Below are positions 37,821 through 46,582 of a stretch of 46,582 bases of DNA, piece after piece (position 1 is the stretch's first letter; each line of letters starts with the position of its first letter). The notes below the pieces were generated by a model, which worked only from the letters and a program-made list of their open reading frames with translations, was not told where the DNA came from and ran no database searches. Position numbers and translations under genes: made by a program. Location of the stretch: the NCBI GenBank assembly GCA_049969455.1, contig JBMFOW010000001.1:1-46582 (forward strand). Reading direction: 5' to 3'. The DNA comes from a bacterium. Its GTDB lineage: Bacteria > DRYD01.

Positions 37821-37867
37821 TTTTTTCCTCCAAAATGAAATCCTTTATACTCTATAATAACCATGTT

Positions 37868-38197
37868 TTAATTTAAAATCTCAAGTATTTCTCTAGCTAT
37901 ATAAATATTTAAAGTATTTTCTTGTTTTTTTATATTTATTACTCTTAGTTTATTATCATTTAAAATATCTTCAAATTTTTGAATATTTTCCTTTGAAAAT
38001 TCATATACAAAATTGTCTAAGAGATTCTGTTTGTAATTAGAATTAGTTTTAAAATTAATTTCATCAGCAATTATGATTTTATAATCAAGATTTTTTAATT
38101 CTTCATCTTCTTCAATTGCATTTAATACAATTTTTAATGGCAAAGATATTAAATAATATATCTTTTTTTCTAGGGATATTAAATTATCTTTTAACAT
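37868..38197 (-). CDS. Hypothetical protein
   Basis: 109-aa ORF with no recognisable motif. Confidence 0.4.
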   Translation of the reverse strand: MLKDNLISLEKKIYYLISLPLKIVLNAIEEDEELKNLDYKIIIADEINFKTNSNYKQNLLDNFVYEFSKENIQKFEDILNDNKLRVINIKKQENTLNIYIAREILEILN

Positions 38198-38260
38198 AGT
38201 TATTCTTTTTTAGTTAAATATTTAAAAAATTAAGAAATTAATTTTTTATTGTTTTTATTC

Positions 38261-39304
38261 TTACATTCTAAAGATAGCGTAATTAGTATCATTAAATGGT
38301 TTATTTAAAGATATGGAAATTAACTTAGCCAAAATATTTCTAGTTTGAACAGGATCTATTATTCCATCATCCCAAAGTCTAGCACTACTATAATATGCGC
38401 TTCCTTCTTGATCATATTTTTCTATTATTTTAGCTTTGAATTCATCTTGTTCTTTTTCAGACATTTCTATTCCTTTAGATTTTGGTTGTTGAATTTTAAT
38501 GGTTAATAATGTTAATGCTGCTTGTTCACCTCCCATAACTGATATTTTAGTATTAGGGTACATAAATAAAAACCTTGGGTTATAGGCTCTATCATACATT
38601 ACATAATTTCCTGCACCAAAAGAATTATCTACTATTATTGTAAATTTAGGTACATTAGAATTAGCAACAGTATTAATCATTTTAGCTCCATCTTTTGCTA
38701 TTCCACCATGCTCATATTGTTTACCTACCATAAATCCAGTTATATTTTATAAAAATGCAATAGGAATTTTTCTACTATTACAAAGTTGTATAAAATGAGC
38801 ACCTTTTAAAGCTGATTGTGAAAATAAAACTCCGTTGTTAGCAACTATACCTACTAAATATCCCCAAATTCTTGCAAACCCAGTAGCTAATGTTGGACCA
38901 TATAAAGGTTTAAATTCATGAAAATAACTACCATCTACTATTCTTGCTATTAATTCTCTTATATCAAATGGTTTTCTTAGATCTTTAGGAATTATTCCGT
39001 AAATTTCTTCAGGATCATAATATGGATCTTGAGGTTCTTCTTGAGGATAATCGTATCTTTCATTTTTCCCAAGATTTCTTACTATACTTCTAGTTATAAA
39101 TATTGCATGTTCATCATTTTCAGCTAAGTAATCAGCTACTCCTGATATTTTGGTATGTACTTCTCCGCCACCTAATTTTATTTTCTCTAATATCTCATAA
39201 TACTCTTCTACTTTGGATTTTAAATATTCATAATTTTCTTTATATTCAGTTGAATTTTTATTTATTTTAGATTCTAGCCTATTGAATTCTATATCTTTTA
39301 TCAT
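38261..39304 (-). pseudogene. Decayed acyl-CoA carboxyltransferase (methylcrotonyl-CoA carboxylase beta / GcdA-MmdA-type Carboxyl_trans family) with an internal deletion and an in-frame stop
   Basis: ORF 38747..39304 has the family N-terminus (...KIKLGGGE) joined directly to the mid-protein segment VHTKISGVADYLAENDEHA. About 190 aa of the first carboxyltransferase subdomain are missing. It ends IPIAFL-TAA and continues in the same frame with NITGF-MVGKQYEHGGIAKDGAKM..., where the family consensus is FLQNITGFMVG. C-terminal ARLWDDGIIDP is present. Confidence 0.8.
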
Positions 39305-39311
39305 ATTTTTA

Positions 39312-41393
39312 TTATTCTACCTGTTTTATTGTTACTCCTTTATAATAGTGTTTAAGGATATATGAATAATCAAAAAAATTACCTAAATAGTTAGCTCCAA
39401 ATTGACACATTCCTACCCCATGCCCAAACCCTCTTCCTTTAAATATAAATTTATCTTTAATTTTTTCTATTTTTTCTATAAAATTAGAAGGTAATAATGA
39501 ATAATACATATCTTTTGAAAATAAATAAATTGAATCATCTTTATAAGCTATATACTTATAAAAATTGTTACCTTTTTTAGAAATTATTATCAATTTATTT
39601 ATTCTTTGACTTTTGTTTTTTTGAAGTATAATATCATAAATATCTCCTTCATATTTTTGATTTAAAATATATGGTATAGTCTTAGATAACATTGAATTTA
39701 GGTCATTTTTGTTAAATTCTACTTTCCATTTAAATAATTTAGAAGCTTTACAATAAGCATTGTCTATATTATCTTGATAATCTTTAACAGATTTTAAGTA
39801 AGGTATTTGATTTTTAAATACATCTTCACTGTTTGCTGTTAATCCTCCACAAGTTGAATGATATAAAGCATCTATAGGTTTATTGTTATAAGTTATTATC
39901 AAATTATGGGTAAAAATAGAAGCTAAATATCCCTTAAATGTTTCATTATATTGACCTTCGAATGCTTGACAATGAGGTTTATTACATAGATTATAATTTT
40001 GATGTCTTTTATATTTTAAACTTTTAAATGCATAAGTTCTTGCAGCTATTGCTTGTGCTTTTAATGCCTCTAAGCTAAAACTATCTGGCATCTCACTTAT
40101 TACTACATCTTGTATATAATCATCCATATTAATTTTTACAACTAAAACATCTTCTTTAAAATATATTTCTTTAAAATAAGTAGAAAATATTTCTTCTATT
40201 CCATTTTGTTTATTTAGCTTTATAAACAAAATAATATTGTCTTTATTATAAGCTACTATTTTTGCATTATTATTTAACTCACTGATTAATAAATTATTTT
40301 TGAAAAAATCTTCAGAGATATTTTTGAAATTACTTAATTTATTTTCTCCAGATAATCCTATTAAATTAAAATATTTTATTTTATTTAAATTTATATCTTC
40401 TAAGCCAATATCTATATAAAATTGATTTTTAAGATTAATTTTTTGTTCAATATCATCTAAATTAAATATTTTTTGTTTTTTAAGATATTTATTTATAAAA
40501 AAACTAAAGTTTCCATTTTTTAGAAATTTTGAAAAAATTAATTCATTACTAAAAGCTAATTCATAAGGTTTTATTATTGAAAATATATTATATTCCTCTA
40601 TATCTACTTTTTTTAAATTTATATTAAGTATTAAATTAATCAAATCTAAATTAAAGTTATATATATAATAATTAGAGTAATTTTCAATTGCAAAAGTATT
40701 TTCTGCTAAGAAATAGATATTATTATTGATTTTAACTAAAAAAGGGGTATTATCTTCTAAATATGCCAAAATTTCATAATTGTAAAGTAATTGGAAATTA
40801 ACTGTATATTTTCTAGATAGAAGTATTTTATCCGGATAATTCTTAAAAAAATTAATATAATCTTTATTTATTTTAAAATAATTATAATTAACATTATTGA
40901 ATTCGATATTAGCTAAGTTAAATAAATTATAAATTTTTGAATTATTTTTTTGATAAAATTTATTGTAAATTAAGCTCTGATAAGTAAATAATATTTTTCC
41001 ATTATTATCTATATAATCTTTAAATTTTAGTATAACATTTATAGGTAATGTTCTACAATCATTTACTATTAATAAATCTATATCAAAACTGTCTAATAGG
41101 TTTAAACTTTTATCGGTTATAATTATGTATTTGATTTTGTTTAAAGATAAAAATTTTTTAAAAAAATAGAATTCTTTTAGATATCTTCTATTTAAATAAT
41201 AAAATGTATCATATGAAAAGTAGATTCCTATTATTTTAGTATCTCTATTTTTTTTATAATTTTCTAAATTTTTAGTATAAAAGTATTCAAACACTTGGTT
41301 TGAAATATAATCATAAAAATATATAATAAAACAAACGAAAAATATAAATAAAGAGAAGAAAAATAACTTTAAGAATCTAAAGAAATATATCAT
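39312..41393 (-). CDS. SpoIID/LytB-domain protein with a ~430-aa N-terminal extension and membrane anchor
   Basis: 693 aa. LEALKAQAIAARTYA, YHSTCGGLTANSEDVF and GRGFGHGVGMCQFGA in the C-terminal ~260 aa. N-terminal TM FFFSLFIFFVCFIIYF. Confidence 0.8.
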   Translation of the reverse strand: MIYFFRFLKLFFFSLFIFFVCFIIYFYDYISNQVFEYFYTKNLENYKKNRDTKIIGIYFSYDTFYYLNRRYLKEFYFFKKFLSLNKIKYIIITDKSLNLLDSFDIDLLIVNDCRTLPINVILKFKDYIDNNGKILFTYQSLIYNKFYQKNNSKIYNLFNLANIEFNNVNYNYFKINKDYINFFKNYPDKILLSRKYTVNFQLLYNYEILAYLEDNTPFLVKINNNIYFLAENTFAIENYSNYYIYNFNLDLINLILNINLKKVDIEEYNIFSIIKPYELAFSNELIFSKFLKNGNFSFFINKYLKKQKIFNLDDIEQKINLKNQFYIDIGLEDINLNKIKYFNLIGLSGENKLSNFKNISEDFFKNNLLISELNNNAKIVAYNKDNIILFIKLNKQNGIEEIFSTYFKEIYFKEDVLVVKINMDDYIQDVVISEMPDSFSLEALKAQAIAARTYAFKSLKYKRHQNYNLCNKPHCQAFEGQYNETFKGYLASIFTHNLIITYNNKPIDALYHSTCGGLTANSEDVFKNQIPYLKSVKDYQDNIDNAYCKASKLFKWKVEFNKNDLNSMLSKTIPYILNQKYEGDIYDIILQKNKSQRINKLIIISKKGNNFYKYIAYKDDSIYLFSKDMYYSLLPSNFIEKIEKIKDKFIFKGRGFGHGVGMCQFGANYLGNFFDYSYILKHYYKGVTIKQVE

Positions 41394-41397
41394 AAAT

Positions 41398-42411
41398 TTA
41401 AAGGTTTTTAACTAAAAACATAATTGGAGAGAAAATAGATAAGGCAATAACTGCTGCTATTATTCCTGCTAAAGCTGACATTATAGGTTCTAGTAATTTA
41501 TTTATTGTATCTAAAGATGTATTAGCTTCAAGATCAGCTAATTCTGCAAGTTTTTTTAGGGTTTTTGGTAATTCCCCGCTTTCTAAACCAGAATTTATTT
41601 GTTTAATGTACATAGGCTTAAAAGCATTATTATAATTTAAAATTTCTATTAACTCTCCTCTTTTAGCTTTATCATGTAGTTTAGAAAAGAAAGTTGCAAA
41701 TGGTTCTACTGTCTCATTTTTTAAAATTAAAAAAGTATTTAAAAAATTAATACCACTTTCTAAACTTATTGCCCATAAATTTAATACCAAACTTAAATAA
41801 GAATTATATATAGCATTTCCTAAAATTGGAATTTTAAATACATAACTATATATTTCTTTTTTATTAAATACTAGCATGTTTCTTAATATAAAATAAACTG
41901 TTAAGCTTATAATAAATAACAGTAAAAGTATTTTTAAATCGAAAATAGATGTTAATATACTAAGTAATTTAAATGCTAAAGGTTCAGGGATTCCTAAATC
42001 TGCATATAAACTCCTAAATGATGGAATTATTAAATTCTTGAAAATCAATAATATAATAGAAATAACCAATAAAAATAAAGAAGGATATATTAAAGACTTT
42101 AATAAATTATTTTTAGTTTGTATTTTTCTTTGTAATATTGATTCTATTTTTTTTAAAACATAAGGTAAATTCTCAGCTTGCTCTCCTATTTTTAAAATTG
42201 ATAATTCAATACCATCTAATATTTTAGATTTTTGAAAAGCGTTAGACAAGGTGCTTCCTGTTGTTACTAATCTTTTTAAAATAGACAATTCTTTTTCATA
42301 TTTTTTAAATGTTTGGATACATATATCCAAGGAATATCCTAAAGGAATACCACTTTCTATTAAGGTTCTAAATACCATTAAAAAATTTAATTTCTCTGTA
42401 TCTTTTAACAT
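41398..42411 (-). CDS. Type II secretion / type IV pilus platform protein (GspF/PilC family)
   Basis: 337 aa with two T2SSF-type repeats (FRTLIESGIPL...GEQAENLP... and LWAISLESGINF...GLESGELP...) and 3 TM helices. It lacks the usual ~60-aa N-terminal region. Confidence 0.8.
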   Translation of the reverse strand: MLKDTEKLNFLMVFRTLIESGIPLGYSLDICIQTFKKYEKELSILKRLVTTGSTLSNAFQKSKILDGIELSILKIGEQAENLPYVLKKIESILQRKIQTKNNLLKSLIYPSLFLLVISIILLIFKNLIIPSFRSLYADLGIPEPLAFKLLSILTSIFDLKILLLLFIISLTVYFILRNMLVFNKKEIYSYVFKIPILGNAIYNSYLSLVLNLWAISLESGINFLNTFLILKNETVEPFATFFSKLHDKAKRGELIEILNYNNAFKPMYIKQINSGLESGELPKTLKKLAELADLEANTSLDTINKLLEPIMSALAGIIAAVIALSIFSPIMFLVKNL

Positions 42412-42586
42412 TATATTGAATTATTCCTTATATACCAATATTTTAAAATACACCTAGACCATTAAAAATATAATTTGAATTTACAAAATATTCTTAATAA
42501 CAAAGGATCTATATATTACATTTTTATATTTAGAAAATAATTATAAAAAACCTTTTAATTTTTTTTATTAGAATAATTTTTTTTAA

Positions 42587-44200
42587 TTAGTAATTAAAAT
42601 CGATAGCTATAATTCTGTCAGTATGTATATTAAAAATATCAACAGGATCAATATAGGATAATCTTTTATCATTTATGTAATACTCATTTAATCCAGCTGT
42701 ATTAAATATAGCGGAATGGATTCCACCATATACATATACACTATCTATATTTCTACTATTTAAATTTCCATTATTAATTAAAGATAAGTCAGAGTTACTG
42801 TTATACAGTGCTATATATTTTCCACATAAGACTATCTTTGGGTTAGCTAAATTAAAATTGCTACCATCTATTTTTATACTATTTGTTACTAATGTGAATA
42901 AATTATTATTGTTATTAACAGAGATATTATTTTTATTAATTTTATTTGGATCTATTAATTGGTTATTATAATTGTTAGTTATTTTGTTAGCAGTTTCTTC
43001 ATATAATATATGTCCTTTTACTGTGGTAAAATAATTCTTATCTGTTATTAAGTAAATCTTTTCTTTTATTATAGCATTATTTGTAGATAAATTGTTATCT
43101 GTTCCTATTATAGGGTTAGCAAAAACTAATATATATATTAAAGAATTTCTTGTTTTATAAATAATATAATTATTACCTCTTTTTAAAACTTTATAAACAT
43201 AATTATTAGTTGGATTAAGAGTAATACTGAATTCATTACTTTTACTTTGATTGTTTAGATTTTTAAATTCGTTAGCTAGTGATATATCATTAGTTTTTAA
43301 TGAGCTATTATTTTTTTCGAAATAAAAAGTTTGAGGTGACCTTACTAATGTAAAGCTAGCTTCTGGATTTATACCATATAGTATATCTATTTTTTGATTA
43401 TTAGGATTTGATTCATCTAATTTAAATAATATAGTAGGGTCATTTCCATCTGATTTTCTTATTATTATAGTGCCTTTAGTATTTAATTCTACATCATTAG
43501 CTGGAACTCCATATATTTGTTGCATAACATTATTTGGAACTTCATATATTTGTTGCATAACTATGTCAAAAAATTTATTGTAATAGTTTATTGGATCTAA
43601 GTCTACTTTATAAAGCTTTTTTGTATACTTTTGAGTTAATTCCTTATCAGTTATTTTTGTATAAGAAGGATTTCCATAACTATCAAATGTTAATTTATAT
43701 GGTTGAGTACTATGTTTTAAAAGAAGAATATTAAATATTTTATTGCTTGATTTTTCAATATCTATTCTATCACTTAAATTAAGTGTATTACCATAGTAAG
43801 AATTACTATTAAAGTAATAGCCATTATATTGAGTGCTTAATTTATTATAACTTCCTAAATTAATTTTATATAAAACAATAGCTTTAGCTAAAGGATTATT
43901 ATTTTCTAGAATCTTAACATAAATATAAGAACCATCTATATTTTTTATTTCATATTGATAATTTTTCCCTTTATAAGGTATGTTACCATTAGCTCTTGTA
44001 TAATCTTGTCTATAAATATTTGTAGCTATAATCACTAAGCTTTTTAAATCAATAGTTCTTCTGGATTTTCTTATTAATTCTTTAGTTGTTCTTATATCAG
44101 ATGAAACATAATTAAATAATATAATACTAAAAAATGAAATAAACAAAGTAAATAAAGTAAGCCATAAATATAAAGAAAATCCACTCTTAGTTTTATACAT
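42587..44200 (-). CDS. Large pseudopilin-like hypothetical protein (GspK/PilX-like N-terminus, no Glu5)
   Basis: 537 aa. The N-terminus MYKTKSG-FSLYLWLTLFTLFISFFSIILF resembles a prepilin leader plus hydrophobic helix. The remainder is N/Y/I-rich and unrecognised. Confidence 0.45.
   Translation of the reverse strand: MYKTKSGFSLYLWLTLFTLFISFFSIILFNYVSSDIRTTKELIRKSRRTIDLKSLVIIATNIYRQDYTRANGNIPYKGKNYQYEIKNIDGSYIYVKILENNNPLAKAIVLYKINLGSYNKLSTQYNGYYFNSNSYYGNTLNLSDRIDIEKSSNKIFNILLLKHSTQPYKLTFDSYGNPSYTKITDKELTQKYTKKLYKVDLDPINYYNKFFDIVMQQIYEVPNNVMQQIYGVPANDVELNTKGTIIIRKSDGNDPTILFKLDESNPNNQKIDILYGINPEASFTLVRSPQTFYFEKNNSSLKTNDISLANEFKNLNNQSKSNEFSITLNPTNNYVYKVLKRGNNYIIYKTRNSLIYILVFANPIIGTDNNLSTNNAIIKEKIYLITDKNYFTTVKGHILYEETANKITNNYNNQLIDPNKINKNNISVNNNNNLFTLVTNSIKIDGSNFNLANPKIVLCGKYIALYNSNSDLSLINNGNLNSRNIDSVYVYGGIHSAIFNTAGLNEYYINDKRLSYIDPVDIFNIHTDRIIAIDFNY
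43503..43561. repeat. In-frame 33-bp tandem duplication inside the pseudopilin-like gene
   Basis: ggaactccatatatttgttgcataac (43503-43528) recurs at 43536-43561 with one mismatch. It encodes VMQQIYEVPNN / VMQQIYGVPAN. Confidence 0.9.
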
Positions 44201-44353
44201 ATTTAAAAAAAACTTCTTAGATAATTTTAATTCCCATAATAGAGTATAATGATTTTTGTTAAAGAAATATTAATAAATAATTACAAAATTGTTAATTTTT
44301 ATAAATTTTCGCTAATTTTATATAAATTAAGTTCAAATTATTTTATTAAATAT

Positions 44354-44572
44354 TTATTTTAGTAGATATTGTATAATTTTATCTGTAATGGGGAATCCTG
44401 ATTTAGATTCAAATCCTACAAACATTGGAGCAGGATTTATATCTAAAAAATAGTAATTATCATTAAATTTTTTGAAATCCAATGCACAAAATTCTAAACC
44501 TGTAAATCTAGAAAATTTTACTATTGAATTTTCTAATTCTTTAGGAATATTTGTTATTTTAATTTCTTCTTT
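44354..44572 (-). pseudogene. Possible 3' remnant of an ATP-grasp enzyme gene
   Basis: 72-codon open frame with no plausible start: KEEIKITNIPKELENSIVKFSRFTGLEFCALDFKKFNDNYYFLDINPAPMFVGFESKSGFPITDKIIQYLLK*. The segment G(L/I)xFxAxDF...YYFL(D/E)INP resembles the C-terminal Mg/ATP-binding part of ATP-grasp ligases. Confidence 0.35.
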
Positions 44573-44607
44573 TTAACCAACTCTAAAAGTAGAATTCTTT
44601 ATATATA

Positions 44608-46044
44608 TTACTTTCCAATACAAAATCTGTTAAGCATGTTGTCTATAACAAAATCAGTTATATCTATTCCTAAAAGATTTAATATCTTTTCTAATGCTAA
44701 TCTTAAATTTACTAAAACTAATTCTACAGGATTATTGTTTTGGTATTCAATAATTGCTTTATCTACATAATTTAATACCTCTTCTAATAATTCTTTTTGG
44801 AATATATCAGTTATATAAAAATTATCTTCTAAATTTTCTTTATTTTCAAAAAAATCAATAATAGCTTTATTTATTTGATCTAAATTAATGCCTTCTTTTA
44901 TTGAAGTAAAAACAATTTTATAATTTTTTATATTAAAATTATCTATTATTTGTTTTATTAGTATTGTATTATTTTCTATTGTTTTATTTAAATCTTTTAA
45001 TTCAATTTTATCTATTTTATTAATTATTATTATTAAATATTGATTATTGCTTAAATTAGATAATAGTTCTTTATCGTTTTGATCAATTGAATTTATTTCA
45101 GTTAAAAAGAATACTAATTTAGCATTTTTAATTATTTGTAATGCTTTTTGGATACTGATTTCTTCTATTTTATCTTGAGTTTTTCTGAATCCTGCAGTAT
45201 CATATATTTTTAACAAAAATCCATTAAAGTTAATGTATTCACTTATAATATCTCTGGTTGTACCTGGAATATCACTAGTTATTACTCTTTCTTGTCCATA
45301 TAGATAATTAAAAAAAGTAGATTTACCTACATTAGGTTTCCCTATTATTACTGTATCTATTCCTTCTTTATATATTTTTAGTTTTTCATAATCTTGTAGC
45401 ATTTTTATTATATCTTGTTTTATATTTATTAAATCATTTATAAATAAATTATAATCAATAGGTGGGATATCTTCTTCAGGAAAATCAACTAAGGCTTCTA
45501 TCCATGGAATCCAATAGATTAATTTTTCTTTTATTTCATTAATTTTATTTGATAATTTCCCGTTTAGGTTATTGAAAGCTATTTCTAATTGTTTTTCTGT
45601 ATTGGCTTCTATTATTTCTTTAATAGCAAACGCTTTAGTTAAGTCCATTTTTTTATTTAGAACTGCACGTAAAGTAAATTCTCCTCCTTTAGCTAATCTT
45701 GCTCCTTTTGATTTTATTAATTCTACTATCTTATTTAATATAATTATATTTCCATGAGCACTTATTTCTACCATATCTTCACCTGTATAGCTATGAGGTT
45801 TTTTAAATATACTTATTAACACTTCATCTATGATTTTGTTATTATTATCTATTATATATCCATAATAAATTCTATAACCTTTAGAAAAATCAATTTCCTT
45901 ATTATTCTTAGTTTTAAATATTTCAGATATTATTTTAAAGGAATTACTTCCACTTATTCTTATTATTCCAATGGGTGCATTTTTTAAAGCAGTTGAAATC
46001 GCTACTATTGTATCCTCTTTTAAAAGTAAATCTTGTATTAACAT
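44608..46044 (-). CDS. mnmE: tRNA modification GTPase MnmE (TrmE)
   Basis: 478 aa. N-terminal TIVAISTA...GIIRISG, G1 GKPNVGKST, G3 DTAG, G4 NKID and the C-terminal CIGK. Confidence 0.93.
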   Translation of the reverse strand: MLIQDLLLKEDTIVAISTALKNAPIGIIRISGSNSFKIISEIFKTKNNKEIDFSKGYRIYYGYIIDNNNKIIDEVLISIFKKPHSYTGEDMVEISAHGNIIILNKIVELIKSKGARLAKGGEFTLRAVLNKKMDLTKAFAIKEIIEANTEKQLEIAFNNLNGKLSNKINEIKEKLIYWIPWIEALVDFPEEDIPPIDYNLFINDLINIKQDIIKMLQDYEKLKIYKEGIDTVIIGKPNVGKSTFFNYLYGQERVITSDIPGTTRDIISEYINFNGFLLKIYDTAGFRKTQDKIEEISIQKALQIIKNAKLVFFLTEINSIDQNDKELLSNLSNNQYLIIIINKIDKIELKDLNKTIENNTILIKQIIDNFNIKNYKIVFTSIKEGINLDQINKAIIDFFENKENLEDNFYITDIFQKELLEEVLNYVDKAIIEYQNNNPVELVLVNLRLALEKILNLLGIDITDFVIDNMLNRFCIGK

Positions 46045-46130
46045 ACTCTAATAATATTTTCTTCAAATCCCTTATTTTTCTTTTTTATTTAATAAAAGGT
46101 AAGTTTTAGATTTTTGTTTAAATTTAATAT

Positions 46131-46582
46131 ATGAAAGAATTAATAAGAGCATTTATAGCTTTAGATCTACCTTTTGAAGTTAAAAATTATATAACTATTT
46201 CTTTATTTGATTTAAAAAAACATTTTAAATATGAAGATATTAAGTGGGTTAATACTGAGAATTTACATATTACTTTTGCTTTTTTTAAACAAATTGATAA
46301 ATCTTTAGTTATTAATAAGTTTAATCAATTGGATTTTAAAAATTTAAATAATAATATTATAATTAGTATAAATGAAAAGGTAGATAATTTTAATTATAAA
46401 GTTTTATATTTAAAGCCTGATAATTACGATTTCTTCTTAAATATTTATAATGAGATTTTAAAGGAATTTACAGGATATATGGATATAAAAGAAAAATTCA
46501 TTCCTCATTTAACTATTGCTAGAATTAGAAATAGATTAAATCCTAATGAAATTAATATATTACTAAATTTTAGATTACCAAT
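46131..46582 (+). CDS. thpR: RNA 2',3'-cyclic phosphodiesterase ThpR/LigT (2H phosphoesterase), 3'-partial at the right window edge
   Basis: Manual translation from ATG 46131: MKELIRAFIALDLP...ENLHITFAFF...FIPHLTIARI. The two HxT motifs of the 2H family are present. It is not in the ORF track because it runs off the window. Confidence 0.75.
   Translation, partial: MKELIRAFIALDLPFEVKNYITISLFDLKKHFKYEDIKWVNTENLHITFAFFKQIDKSLVINKFNQLDFKNLNNNIIISINEKVDNFNYKVLYLKPDNYDFFLNIYNEILKEFTGYMDIKEKFIPHLTIARIRNRLNPNEINILLNFRLP

Noticed and set aside
38747-38749. TAA decoded as Gln (the in-frame TAA sits exactly at a conserved Q in the carboxyltransferase)
   Set aside because: TAA terminates many conserved genes here at their expected C-termini (rpsM, rpsN, flhA, rpmJ and others). 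The same gene also carries a ~190-aa deletion. A nonsense mutation in a pseudogene is the simpler explanation.
6802-45757. Other short plus-strand ORFs nested in minus-strand genes: 6802..6996, 15901..16131, 18887..19096, 24795..24977, 32524..32715, 36841..37026, 42251..42457, 45572..45757
   Set aside because: Each lies fully inside a longer opposite-strand gene, usually one with clear homology (rplN, nrnA, gspF, mnmE and others), and has no independent support.

Overview
This is a 46.6-kb bacterial chromosomal segment with about 50 genes, roughly 40 of them on the minus strand. It is extremely AT-rich. Hand counts on sample lines give about 18-20% GC in poorly conserved genes and about 30-35% in flhA and the ribosomal genes. 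The exception is the first 1.15 kb, at about 45-48% GC, which encodes a 3'-truncated Na+-decarboxylase beta subunit (OadB/GcdB/MmdB family) with foreign-looking codon usage.

Recognisable content, all on the minus strand unless marked:
- An S10/spc-type ribosomal cluster: rpsJ, rplC-D-W-B, rpsS, rplV, rpsC, rplP, rpmC, rpsQ, rplN-X-E, rpsN (type Z), rpsH and rplF, followed directly by rpmJ, rpsM and ruvX.
- An isolated flhB-flhA pair, ymdB and a class II photolyase.
- Two MBL-fold hydrolases, one of them on the plus strand.
- An M20 amidohydrolase, PepF and an APC permease (plus strand).
- Two CorC/CNNM paralogs, a DgkA-PAP2 fusion, a Xaa-Pro peptidase and NrnA.
- A SpoIID-domain protein, a GspF/PilC-like protein, mnmE, and a 3'-partial thpR (plus strand).

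The most unusual observations:
1. The compositional break at position 1149.
2. An MFS transporter gene inserted between rpsJ and rplC and split at an A10 tract.
3. Loss of the rplR...infA and rpsK...rplQ blocks from the otherwise conserved ribosomal cluster.
4. An orphan NuoC-like gene in a four-gene operon of unknowns.
5. A roughly 90-nt GC-rich island of three G/C-clamped hairpins carrying repeated Shine-Dalgarno-like TAAGGGG motifs, in a genome otherwise about 80% AT.
6. A decayed acyl-CoA carboxyltransferase gene with an internal deletion and an in-frame TAA at a conserved Gln.
7. A pseudopilin-like / GspF / SpoIID cluster with no ATPase.

No CRISPR array, tRNA, rRNA or obvious mobile element was seen. 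All protein calls rest on recalled family motifs. No database search was possible.
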